This document shows, piece after piece, positions 33,101-43,449 of a DNA stretch of 64,000 nt. The stretch's first letter is position 1, and every line of letters starts with the position of its first letter. The stretch comes from an uncultured Planctomycetaceae bacterium (lineage in GTDB: Bacteria; Planctomycetota; Planctomycetia; Isosphaerales; Isosphaeraceae): NCBI GenBank assembly GCA_963833985.1, contig CAWIAD010000002.1:4288001-4352000 (forward strand), in the 5' to 3' direction. The position numbers and the translations under genes are program-made. The notes beneath the pieces are model-generated. The model did not search any database, had not been told where the DNA came from, and was given only the letters and a program-made list of their open reading frames with translations.

Positions 33101-36100
33101 CGTTCACCAGCTCGATGAAGAACCGGTTGGTGGTCGGCGCACTGGCGAACGAGTAGGCCATCACCTCGTTGATGGCGATCGGGTTGTATTCCATGCCGTA
33201 CTGGTCGAGCGGGATATCGGTGGCCGCCTTCGAGACCCTCAGCACCGGGAACGGGCTGGCGCCGGCCGTGCCCGGACGCAGGAACACGTCCGGGTTCTGC
33301 CAGTGCGTCATCGCCGCGTCGGTGTCGCGGAAGTCGACGATGTTGATCACGTACTGGCTGAGCTGCGCCAGCTCCTCGGCCGTGTCCACGGCCCGCGGGG
33401 GCAGAATGGACTTGAGCGTCTGGTACGTGTCGCTGATCCACTTCTGCCGCACCGGCTCGTTGGGATCGTTCGAGACCGGCAGCGGATAATTGAGGTTGAT
33501 CTTCTTGTCGCGCTGGGCCAGCGACATCGTGGGCGAGGGCACGGGGTTGGTGGGGTTGGGCAACGCCGTGATGTTCGGGTTCGTCGAGGCCGGAACGTTG
33601 AGCGTGGTGAACCCGGCGTCGGCATTCTTGGTGAACCGGGCGTTGTAGGCGAAGGCGAGGCCGCCCGGATTGTCATTCGTCCAGGTGAAGTTGTTCGTCT
33701 CCCACGAGTCCAGCGCGAACAGCCTGCGGCGGCGCTGGCCGTCCACCCGGTTGGTGAGGCTCACCGGCGCCAGCGACGACAGCCGTGAGACCAGGGAGGC
33801 GCCGTCCATGTCCTGCTGGCGGTACAGCCACTCCAGGTCGCCGTAGCCGAACGGGGCGTCAAGCTGGGCATTGGGAGTGTACAGGTTCATCTCGTCGGCC
33901 TCGTTCAGGCCATCGGAGTTCGCCTTGCCATTGACGCTGGCGTCATAGGTGGGGAACTTGGCCGGCAGATACGTCAAGCCCGCGCTGGCATTCGCGTCGA
34001 TGGGTACGCCGCCGGCGCGCTGGGGGTTGAAGATGCCGCCGCTGGTCGGGTAGTTCAGGTTCGGGAACCGCTGGCTCTCGAAGCCGTGCAGGGGGTTGCT
34101 GTCGCTGGGGCCATTGATTCCCGCGCCCATGTTCTGCACCAGCATGGTGGGGTAGACCTCGCCGCTGGTCCAGGGGAAAGTCACCGAGCCGGGCGCGGCA
34201 CCGCCGGAGGCCTCGACCTGGCCCGGCAGCCCCGGCGGGCGGAAGTAGCTGGAGTATTCGACGCGTCCGAACATGTCGGCACCGGCATTCGGGCCGGGCT
34301 TGGTGTTCACTCCGTCCCACTGCACGATCGAGCCGGTACCGTTGATGTCGCCCGGCGTCACGTACCTCCGCAGCCGGTCCACCGGCAACAGGTAGGCACC
34401 GGCTGGGTCCAGGAAGTCGAGGTCGCCCACCTCGCCCTGGCGGTTGCCCGTGTTCACCGGCGGATAGGGATCGAACGAGTTGTTGTTGTCGTCCGCGGCG
34501 TCGCGGGGGATGCCGTTGATCATGTCGGTCACGTCCATCGAGTACCCGGCGCGGATGCGGTTGTTATAGGTCGGCATCACCAGGTTGAACGGCGCCCCGC
34601 CACTGGGGTTGGGCACCGGGTAGCCGTGCACCGACTGCTGCTCGCCCCAGCGGCCGGCCACCGCCGGGGTCAGGCGGAGCACGCCGGCCGTCGGCGGATT
34701 GGCGCCGTTCATGTCCACGTCGCCGACGTCGGCAATGCTGTTGGGCATGAAGTAGGGCACGCCGCCCATGACCACGAGGTTGTTGTCGCCGTTGACCTGA
34801 CCTGTGAGGTCGGGCACGCCGGCGTTCACGGCGGGCGTTCCCGGGTTGATCTGCGGCCGCGTGCCGGCGAGCAGGTTGCGGAGCTGCGTCAACCGGACGT
34901 CAAGCCCGCCGCTATCAACCTGGCTGTTGCCGAGGTACGGGCCCGGGTAAATCTGGGGGGTGTAAGCCGTGGCGAAGTCGGTGCTGCGGTAGCCGTTTTG
35001 CAAGGCATATGTGGGGTCGATCTCGCTCACCGAGTTCCCCAGGTGCTGCGCGTGCGAGGCGCCGTTGCCCCCCCGGCCGCCGGCCAGGTTGCCGGCCGTG
35101 TTCAGCGGAATCCGGCCGTTCAGGCCGATGACCATGAACGCGAAGAGCGGCTTGTAAAGCTGGCCCTGGGCGTTCCGCCGCGCCGGGTAGCCGAGGTCCA
35201 GCCAGACCGAGTCGGTGAGCCCGTCGCCGTCGTTGTCCACGTCGTAGTTGATCTTGCCATTTGGGCCGGGAGTGAGGTCGGGGAAGGCGTTCGAGTCGTG
35301 CCCGTCCGCGGCCACCGGCCGCAGGATCCGGGACATGTCGAAGGTCCAGCCGTTGGTCACGTCGCGTGACCAGTCGTTCGTGGTGTTGGCCAGGTCGTAG
35401 CGAATGGCCGCCGGACGGTGAAACGAGGGAATGATGACCGAGCCGTCGGCGCTCTGCATGGCCAGGAACCAGTTCTCCAGGTCCACCGCGTCGTAATCCT
35501 CGTCCATCCCCTGGAGGTTCGGGTTCAGTCCGTTGTACCGGAAGTTGCCGTGCACCGCATTCGTGGTCATGCCCGGGCCGTTGAAGGCGTGCAGCCAGCG
35601 GCCGTCAAGCACGAACTGGGCCACGCCGTTGAGCGTGCCGCCGGACGCGGCGACCAGGTACTGGCCGGGAAGCTGCGTCACGTAGCCGGCCGGGTAGCTG
35701 GGCGTCACCGTTGGGTTGTTCAGGGTCGTCGCCGCATCGGTGGCGGGGATGCTCACCGTCAGGGTGCGATAGCCATTGCCACCGGGAACATAGCCGCTGT
35801 CGGCCAGCACCTCCAAGGTCTGGCTGACCACCCCCGTGCCGCCGTTGGCCAGGGTGCCGTTGTACGAAACGCGCAGCACCCAGCGGTTGAAGTTGTAGCC
35901 GTAGAAGGTGGAATCGCCGGCGGGGATGTTGGTGGTCAGAACATAGAGGGTGCCGGCTCCCGCCGTCACGCCCGTGATGTAGAAGTAGGAATCGCCATGG
36001 GGCGCCATGAACGCGCCGTCGGGACGGGAGGCGAGGTAACCGTTGAAGTGGCCGTCGTTGCCGTACATGTCGCGGGCCATGCTGTGCCCGCGGATCACCG

Positions 36101-36330
36101 AGCGGATATCGCTGGTGTCGCCGATGAGCTGCTCGAGCGCGTAATCCATGAGCTCGATCGCGCTGCGGCTGGTTCACCGATTGCGCAAAGCTGCGCGAGC
36201 TGATCCGCGACTGCCCCGTGAAGGTGGCGAAGGTGACGCCGATCACGGCCATGAGCGCCAGCACGCCGAGGATCAGGACCAGGACGATCCCCCGGCGCGG
36301 TCGCTGATATTGATTCGTCCTGGCCAGCAT
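30180..36330 (-). CDS. Giant PilX/GspK-like minor pilin, ~2050 aa (apparent 1-nt insertion near 36160)
   Basis: The N-terminus RRG|IVLVLILGVLALMAVIGVTF lacks Glu5 and lies in ORF 35605..36387. It joins the 1989-aa ORF. Contains DVDNDGDG and a C-terminal NLTTVRTHQYAVWITVGFFEV. Confidence 0.75.
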
Positions 36331-36397
36331 GATCAAGTCTCCGTGGCGTGCGTGTCGGGTGAGCTGAGCCCACCATCCCTCATGCAATGCTGGTAAT

Positions 36398-36418
36398 GGC
36401 GGGTTGCACCCGCCCTAC
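36398..36418 (-). repeat. GTAG-type REP-like palindrome overlapping a stop codon
   Basis: GTAG-GGCGGGT-GCA-ACCCGCC; its TAG is the stop codon at 36415-36417. Confidence 0.7.
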
Positions 36419-38631
36419 AGTTTATCTGTGAAATCCTGCCGGATCGTCAATGTCTTGATACGTTGATTGGTCGGGTCCGTGACGCGGATCTGAATCTGGA
36501 TGCCGCGCAAAGGCGCCGGGTAGGGCGGCGGATACGACGGATAGATGGGCGGCGAATACGGCGGGCCGGCCGGAAAGAACGGTGCCACGCTGCCGGCGGG
36601 GTACACGCCCGTGCCGGGCGCCTGGGTGTACTCGGTGGACCACGAATCCCAGACCCGCCGCAGTCGCACCACCGCCGGGTTGTTGTCGCCGATGTTGCCG
36701 TTGTAGTTCGGATACCCCGAGTAATAGCCTGGCACGACGGCCCCGAACTGGGCGTCGAACCGGTTGTCGTTCACCAGGGGGGGCATCCGCCCCTCGTGCG
36801 CGAGGGTCTGGTTCAGCAGGTCGTACTTGTTGGCGTTGATATAGGCATACGCGGGTGCGGCGTAGCCGTTCACCGGATCGTAGTTCCCCGCCAGGTACGG
36901 GAGCGCCAGGTTCGTTCCCAGGTACTGCGGCGAGAGGTTCTGGGTAAGCCGCGGGTCGTCGCCCCAGCCCAGGTCGGCATAGGCCCCCAGGCTGTTGTCA
37001 TAGGCCTTGATGTCGAAGCTGCGTACGCCGGTCATCACCAGGTCGTCTTCCCAGCTATACTGCGACCAGAGCGACGGCGGGTTGCCCCCCGTGAGCGGGA
37101 AGAAGACGCTCGGCGTGCCGAACAGGTCGTTGTACGGTTGCGGCGTGTTGCGGTAGACACCGGTCATGGCGGGCAAGGGCGTGCCGGCCGGCAGCGCCGC
37201 GTTGGCGAAGATGTAGCCCAGGCCGGTTGGCTGGGTCAGGTTGGTGTTGATCTGGTACGTCGGGTCAACCCAGAAAGGCGAGAGGGTTTCGCGCCAGGTG
37301 GGGAAGCCCCACCAGGTCTGGACATAACCGCTCTGGTTCGCCGGCACGGCCACGTTGTCGCCGGTATCCAGGGGGTTGTGGTTGAGGTTGTTCAGGTACC
37401 CCAGCGTGTTCCCCTCGTACGTGGCCGCAACCGGTGCCAGAGGCGTGCCGACGTTGACCTCCGGGTTCGGCGAGTGGATCCAGCCGTAAGCCGCCGTGGT
37501 CATCGATTGCGGCACGGAGTACGCCCCCGGGAAGACGAACGGGAACGCCATCATGGCCATGTGCGGTGGCGGCCACGGAAACCCCGTCGGTGCAACGCCT
37601 GGATAGTAGAGCAGCGTGTTGGCCACGTTGGTCGGACTGAGCACCGTCGGGTACAGGGTCGGGTAATAGTCGGGAACATTATCGCCGTTGAGGTCATCGC
37701 TCAGGCCGTCCGGCGTGCCGCCTCCTGTGCCCAGGTTGTAAAAATCGTCCGAGAACCGCTGGTAGGCGAACCGCTTCTCGCGGCTGGCCAGGTCGCCCAG
37801 CGTATTGAGAAGCACCGAATTGCCATGGAATGGCGCCCCGGTGCCGGAGGGCCGGGCCGAGAGGTCGTTGACCCCTTGCCAGCTTACCTGGTTGCCGGTC
37901 AGGTTCGCCGGGTTGCCGCCGAGCGCCGGCGGGAAGAACCCCGCGTTATTGAACGGAGCGTTCGGGTTCAGGTTGTTCACGGCCGGCTCGACCGTCGATT
38001 GCAATTCCGGCACGACCAGCAGCACGCGGCGGTAAAGGTTGCCGTTGCGCAGGAAGTAGATGATCTCGGCGTGGTCGCTGGTGATCGTGATCGGCTGCGG
38101 GGACTGGTTCGGGATGAAGCCGTTCACCGTGTTGTACGCCGACCGCACCCACATCCGCCCCGTGAACGGCTGGCCCGCGGGCGCCTTGGCGGTGAAGCGG
38201 ATGTAGTCGTCGGAGTCCTCTCCTTGCACGTCGGCAAACTCGTTCTCGCCGTACTCGCAGTAGCCCGGGTTGTTCTTCGGGTCGTTGGGCGGGGTCATCT
38301 TGCAGGTGATGCCGCTCAGGTCCGAGCGGACCGTCGAGAACAGCAGCCGGAGCTGGTTGTCCAGGTCCTGGTACACCTGCGCCGCGTTCAGTGCCCCGGT
38401 CGCCGCCTGGAAGATCTGCACGATCACCGTCATCATGAGCAGCAGGATTGCCAGGGTGACGAGCATCTCCACGAGGGTGACACCGCGCCGGGCTCGTGAG
38501 TGGCCAGCGGCCAGCGGCCAGCGGCGCGTGGTGGTCGAGGAAGCATCGGGGCGCCGTGCGGGAACTTGCGGCAGGTCGGAGGGCGCTGCGCCGTGGTCTC
38601 GGATCGCTTCAACGGGCTTGCCGCACCACAT
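36415..38631 (-). CDS. Large PilW/GspJ-like prepilin-type protein (~738 aa)
   Basis: RRG|VTLVEMLVTLAILLLMM, EIIYFLRNGNLYRR, and C-terminal LRGIQIQIRV. Confidence 0.8.
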   Translation of the reverse strand: MWCGKPVEAIRDHGAAPSDLPQVPARRPDASSTTTRRWPLAAGHSRARRGVTLVEMLVTLAILLLMMTVIVQIFQAATGALNAAQVYQDLDNQLRLLFSTVRSDLSGITCKMTPPNDPKNNPGYCEYGENEFADVQGEDSDDYIRFTAKAPAGQPFTGRMWVRSAYNTVNGFIPNQSPQPITITSDHAEIIYFLRNGNLYRRVLLVVPELQSTVEPAVNNLNPNAPFNNAGFFPPALGGNPANLTGNQVSWQGVNDLSARPSGTGAPFHGNSVLLNTLGDLASREKRFAYQRFSDDFYNLGTGGGTPDGLSDDLNGDNVPDYYPTLYPTVLSPTNVANTLLYYPGVAPTGFPWPPPHMAMMAFPFVFPGAYSVPQSMTTAAYGWIHSPNPEVNVGTPLAPVAATYEGNTLGYLNNLNHNPLDTGDNVAVPANQSGYVQTWWGFPTWRETLSPFWVDPTYQINTNLTQPTGLGYIFANAALPAGTPLPAMTGVYRNTPQPYNDLFGTPSVFFPLTGGNPPSLWSQYSWEDDLVMTGVRSFDIKAYDNSLGAYADLGWGDDPRLTQNLSPQYLGTNLALPYLAGNYDPVNGYAAPAYAYINANKYDLLNQTLAHEGRMPPLVNDNRFDAQFGAVVPGYYSGYPNYNGNIGDNNPAVVRLRRVWDSWSTEYTQAPGTGVYPAGSVAPFFPAGPPYSPPIYPSYPPPYPAPLRGIQIQIRVTDPTNQRIKTLTIRQDFTDKL

Positions 38632-38652
38632 GAATCTTCGCCTCCCGCGTAT

Positions 38653-38758
38653 CACTCGCTGTTCAGAGGAGCGGTGGGCCTCGCTTCCCTCGACCCACCC
38701 TACGACACTCGCTGTTCAGAGGAGCGGTGGGCCTCGGTTCGCTCGACCCACCCTACAA
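38653..38758 (-). repeat. Two tandem 53-bp units, each with a GTAG-REP palindrome
   Basis: cactcgctgttcagaggagcggtgggcctcg...ctcgacccaccctac twice. Confidence 0.9.
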
Positions 38759-38774
38759 AACTGCCTGCTGCCTA

Positions 38775-40271
38775 CTACCGCACAAAAAACGTCTGCGGGA
38801 TCACATTCACCACATAGGGGCAGATGAGCGCGGCGTTCATCACCAGGGGGTGGCCGTTGGCGCTCATGAGCGTCTTCGCGTCCAGCGGGCGGTTCACGTA
38901 AACAGTCATGGACCTGAAGTTCGCACCGAGGAGCGGGTCGGGCTGGGCGGGGTTCACCTTCTGCACCTGGTACCAGAAGCAGCGCTGGGCCGGCAGGTTG
39001 TCCCACTCCCCCTTGTTCAGCGGGTTGGGCACGCCCATGTAGGGCGGCGGACTGGCGTTGCCAATGTAGAACCGGCTGTACATCACCGTCTGGTTCCGCT
39101 CGTAGGTGACGTCGGCGATGAAGTCGCCCACCTTGACGATCGGATCGGCCTGGGTGGCGGACCAGCGCAGCAGCACCGTGCGGTCGGCCCCGGCGCCGTA
39201 GCCCGGGCCGCCCTGGGGATAGATATTGTTGTTGGCCCCGTACCCGTACACGGCCTCGACCACCGTCTCGCCGGCGGCCTGGTAGAACGTCGTGCCGTTG
39301 ATCGTGACCGGGTCGAGCGAGAACGGCCGGTTCTCGAAAATGACGATGTTCCCCTCGAACGCCGCGCCATTGGCGGTGTTGGTCTGCTGAGCGGTGACCA
39401 TCCACGAGAACCGCCAGTCGTTGCTCGGCTGGTAGGTCGGGGTGGGGACGCCGTTGACCAGGACATTTGAGATGCTCAGGTCGGGCACCACCGGGCTGGG
39501 CGTGTTCACAGGGGTGGACGGCTGGAACGCGACCGTGTAGGTGGTATTGCTCGGGTCCTGCCAGACCACGTCCTCGGGCGAGACAAAGGTGGTGGGCACC
39601 ATGTTGGCGGACGGCATGATGTTCGGCCGGTTGAAGTTGGTCAGCCGTTGCAGCCCGTGGGCGCTGGCCATGCCGCCGTCCGAGTCGGTGCGGAGGAACG
39701 AGCCCGAGCCGGAGGTGGTGTGGAACGTCGCGGCCGCGAACCGCGCCTCGGGCATCGTCTGGCCAATGGGATCGAGATATGTCCCTGTCTGGTATCTCCA
39801 GAGCGGGTCATACGCGAACGGCAGGCCGTAGCCGCCGATGCGCACGGCGCTCACGCCCGGGTTCGCACCGCCGTTGGCGGTGTCGTTCGGATCACCGCCG
39901 TAGTAGGGCGTGTCCTGAGTCAGCGGGTTGTACAGGTTGCTGCCAATGGGGTTGCCACCCAGCGGGTTGCCCGCGCCGTACCAGAGGTTGTAGTACGTCC
40001 CGTAGGCGTTCTGGATGTTCAGGATGTCGGCGGCGCGGAACGAGCTGGCATTGAGCAACCCCCGCGCGGCCACGTCGGCCGTGGCCGCCTCGAAGAGGTA
40101 AGCCGACCGCGTCTGGCGCTGGGCCTCGCGCAGCCGCAGCAGGCCGATCGGAAAGAGCGTGGCCAGCGAGACCAGCCCCACGCCGAGGATCATGATCGAG
40201 ATCAATATCTCGGTGAGCGTGATGCCGGCGGAGCGCGGCGCGGTCGGGCGGGGCGTGCAGCGAACGTTCAT
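38775..40271 (-). CDS. Large PilV/GspI-like prepilin-type protein (498 aa)
   Basis: SAG|ITLTEILISIMILGVGLVSLATLFP. Confidence 0.8.
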   Translation of the reverse strand: MNVRCTPRPTAPRSAGITLTEILISIMILGVGLVSLATLFPIGLLRLREAQRQTRSAYLFEAATADVAARGLLNASSFRAADILNIQNAYGTYYNLWYGAGNPLGGNPIGSNLYNPLTQDTPYYGGDPNDTANGGANPGVSAVRIGGYGLPFAYDPLWRYQTGTYLDPIGQTMPEARFAAATFHTTSGSGSFLRTDSDGGMASAHGLQRLTNFNRPNIMPSANMVPTTFVSPEDVVWQDPSNTTYTVAFQPSTPVNTPSPVVPDLSISNVLVNGVPTPTYQPSNDWRFSWMVTAQQTNTANGAAFEGNIVIFENRPFSLDPVTINGTTFYQAAGETVVEAVYGYGANNNIYPQGGPGYGAGADRTVLLRWSATQADPIVKVGDFIADVTYERNQTVMYSRFYIGNASPPPYMGVPNPLNKGEWDNLPAQRCFWYQVQKVNPAQPDPLLGANFRSMTVYVNRPLDAKTLMSANGHPLVMNAALICPYVVNVIPQTFFVR

Positions 40272-41745
40272 CGTGTGTCCCCCCTGATCCCCTGCTGGGG
40301 ACCGAGGAATGGAAAGTTGGGACCGGGGCCCGGCGGAATCGGGGTCGCGTCAAACGTTTCGACGTTGTTGGTGACCATCTGCCCGGTGCGGGTGTAGAGG
40401 GTCATCAGCCTGCGCTCGCCCGTCAGTGCGCGGGTGCCGAGCGGGTCGTTGGTGCTGGGATAGGCCGTGGCGTAAGAGCTTCCGGGAACCATCGGCAGCA
40501 GGTAGGGCACGCCTTGGTGCGCCAGCGGGTCGAAGAGGTCGACCCGTTCTGACAGCCAGAAATGGTAGAACGACGAGTCCATGCCGAACGAGGCCGGCGA
40601 GGAGTACTCCGTGGTTGGCACGACGGTACCGTTGGGGTAAAGCAGGATGTCGACGTAGCCCGTGGTGGGGTCGACCGGCAGCCGCGACCGCTCGGATACG
40701 TAACTCACGCCGGTCGATGCCGAGAAGTTCGCATTGAAGTAAGCCGCGTTCCAGGTGGTCAGGTCGATCACGATGTTCGACGGCAGGGGCGTCTCACGCG
40801 AGCCCGGCGAGACCACCGGCCGGCGGGCGATCGTGTAGGCGATGTTGTTGTTGCTGCGGCTCAGGATCGCGTTCTGCCAGGTTTCCACCTCGAGCCATTC
40901 CGTGATGTTGTTCGCGTCGATCACCTGGTCGACGATCCCGTCGTTGTCGTTATCGATGCCGTCGAAGCCGTTGTCCACGAAGCCGTCCTTGTTGTCGTCC
41001 ACGCCGTTGACCAGGAAGAGAAGCTCCGGGTGGTACGCCGTACCGTTCGGCAGCACACGTTGTAGAGGTGGCGTCGCGCCGGGATCGCCGACGTTGACGA
41101 ACAGCTCGGGGTTGTAAACGTTCATCGGGCCGACGACCGTGTACCAGATACCCGTGCCTTGAAGCTGCATCTTGTCGCCGATGCGGATGTTCCAGTACCA
41201 GGAGGTCGGCGAGTTGAGAATGTTGCTCGTGGGATCGTAGACCGACTGCTCGACGTAGAGCATGGCCGAGGTGGCCGCGGGGTAATAGGTTCCCCCCTTC
41301 TGGGCCGGGTAGGGGAAGTAGGTTGCCGGGTTGATCCCGGCGGCGGTGTACTCGCCTAGAGGGGGCCCGAAATCCACGTTCACAAGCCCCTCCGTGTAAT
41401 CGGGCGCGAGCTGGATGGGAATATACCGGTTCGCCGCCAGGATGCGGGTCGGGTCGAGGACGTTGGTATTGGGGTTGATGCCGTTCAGCACCGGATCGGG
41501 CAATAGCCGGATGCCCGCGGGCGCGTTGGTGTTGATGGCCGTGTCGCGGGCGCTGCGAGCGCTGCCTGGAGAATGCGCGCGGCCTCGCTGATCTGCCAGT
41601 GGTTGATGGTCTGGAGCGTCGTCGGCAGCACGATCACGCTCACCAGCAGGATGATCAGCATCACCACCAGCAGCTCGATGAGCGTGAACCCGCGCCGCGC
41701 TGGTCGGTTCGTTGCCCGGTCGCCGCGATGCTCTGGCCGGCTCAT
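40268..41745 (-). CDS. Large FimT/GspH-like prepilin-type protein (~492 aa; apparent 1-nt deletion near 41555)
   Basis: [14 protein letters not shown]...EAARILQAAL in ORF 41485..41745 continues as ARDTAINTNAPAGIRL in ORF 40268..41752. Confidence 0.8.
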
Positions 41746-41748
41746 GGA

Positions 41749-43347
41749 TCACGACCCTCCGCTGCCGCCACTGGCCTGGCGGTTCTGGTTGCTGATGTCG
41801 TCGCGGCCGTACTCACGCAGTTGCTGGCTGGTGGGATCCACCTGCGTTGAGACCGGGATCTGCAACGAGTTGGTGAGCTGCCCGGGATCAAACGGGATCG
41901 CGTAGTTCTCATAGGTGATCAGGTCGTAAGCATTCAGAGCGGGGGGGCTGGGGAACACCGAGCTCGGGTACAGCAGGAAGACCCCAAGCTGCTGGTCGAA
42001 GCCGGAGGAGAGGATCAGCGGCTTGGAGAAGAACGCGCGGCGGTTCGGGAAGATGGTGCCGCGATCCCAGTAGTATGCGTAATTGCCGTTGTGGCTGACT
42101 GGCTCGGTAAGACGGTGGAAGAATGCCTCGAAGCCGACCACGCCCCCGCTGCCGCCTAACGACCCGGCCGTCCCCGTGAATGCGAGCGGGTACTGTGTGT
42201 TTTGCGCGGCCGCCCACCACGCCGGCGCCACCAGGAGCTGGTTCGGGTCGAACGGGTCCTGCTCGCGCGCCTCGAAGACCGTGCGATAGGGCGGGTTGAA
42301 GAGCTCGATGGGCGAGGAGACGGCCGGCGTCTGCGTGTAGTCCCAGTAGTCCACAACCTGCCCGCGCTGGGTGTCCGTATGGTACAGGAGCGGCCAGCGG
42401 AAGAACTGGATCGGCTGGCCCCAGGCGTCCACGAACTCGGGCAGGCCGTCGCCGTCGGTATCTCTCACCTCCTTGTCGCTGAAGTCGTCGCGGTTGAAGA
42501 ACGCGCCCAGGGGCCCGACGCCCTCGACCAGAATCGCATAGAGCGTTTCGGCCCGTGCCGTGTTGTGCTTGTGGGCGGCGAGGTTGGAGAGCACCTGCGA
42601 GTGATTGCCCGCGTTCACCCCCTCCTGCCATTCGTCGACCAGGCCGTTGCCGTCATTGTCCAGGCCGTCATAGCCGGTGGGCACGTAACCCAGGTTCTTG
42701 TACAGGCTGGCGGCCGCGAAATACGAGGCGCCGAAGATGCCGGTGCCCACGGTGTTGGAATAATTCCCGGCACCGTAGCCGGGCGTGAAGCCGGAGGGAG
42801 GGATGAGCGGGCCGGCCACCGAGTTGCCCAGCGGCAAGATGAAGTTGCCCAGTCCTTGCTGGTCGATCGTGGCGCCCGGGTAACCGGCCGCCGGGAAGGC
42901 AAAGTTGAGCGGGTAGCTGTAGGCCGTGGGGTTGAAGTTCTGCACGAAGAAGACATCCGGCATCTCGCTCTTGACGTAGTCGTACCAGGCGATCACCTGT
43001 GCCCTTGCCGCGGCCGAGCCGTACTGCGACTTGGGCCAGCCGAGCGGCTCCTGGTTGCCGTTGCCATCCGCATTCCCGATGTAGACCCCTGCCATGTAAT
43101 AATGCGCCGGGTTCGGGTCGGGCCGGGTCTGCAAGAGCGCGTCGAGCCGGTCATTCACGCCCGCTTCCAGCTTGGTGATGAGCGCCAGCGTGGCGTCCTC
43201 CTCGGCCCGCCTGCGGGCCTCGCCGCCCGCCACGAGCAGGAACGTGATGATGATGCCGATGATCACCATCACGACCAGCAGCTCGACGAGGGTGAACGCC
43301 GGGCACACGCCTGCGCGATACACGCTGGGCTCCCGCCGCTTCCTCAT
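41749..43347 (-). CDS. Large GspG-like prepilin-type protein (~532 aa)
   Basis: PA|FTLVELLVVMVIIG, DTDGDGLPEFVDAWGQPI, LILSSGFD, DDISN. Confidence 0.8.
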   Translation of the reverse strand: MRKRREPSVYRAGVCPAFTLVELLVVMVIIGIIITFLLVAGGEARRRAEEDATLALITKLEAGVNDRLDALLQTRPDPNPAHYYMAGVYIGNADGNGNQEPLGWPKSQYGSAAARAQVIAWYDYVKSEMPDVFFVQNFNPTAYSYPLNFAFPAAGYPGATIDQQGLGNFILPLGNSVAGPLIPPSGFTPGYGAGNYSNTVGTGIFGASYFAAASLYKNLGYVPTGYDGLDNDGNGLVDEWQEGVNAGNHSQVLSNLAAHKHNTARAETLYAILVEGVGPLGAFFNRDDFSDKEVRDTDGDGLPEFVDAWGQPIQFFRWPLLYHTDTQRGQVVDYWDYTQTPAVSSPIELFNPPYRTVFEAREQDPFDPNQLLVAPAWWAAAQNTQYPLAFTGTAGSLGGSGGVVGFEAFFHRLTEPVSHNGNYAYYWDRGTIFPNRRAFFSKPLILSSGFDQQLGVFLLYPSSVFPSPPALNAYDLITYENYAIPFDPGQLTNSLQIPVSTQVDPTSQQLREYGRDDISNQNRQASGGSGGS

Positions 43348-43425
43348 CGTCCCTGTTCCCTTGTGATCCATGAGCCTCGCTCTCGACTGCGTTCTCGGTT
43401 CGACCTGTTTCCCGCTCGATCCGGG

Positions 43426-43446
43426 GGTGGGTTGCACCTACCCCAC
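43426..43446 (-). repeat. Degenerate REP-like palindrome
   Basis: ggtgggttgcacctaccccac; same length as the 36398 copy, with 4 differences. Confidence 0.55.
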
Positions 43447-43449
43447 GCA

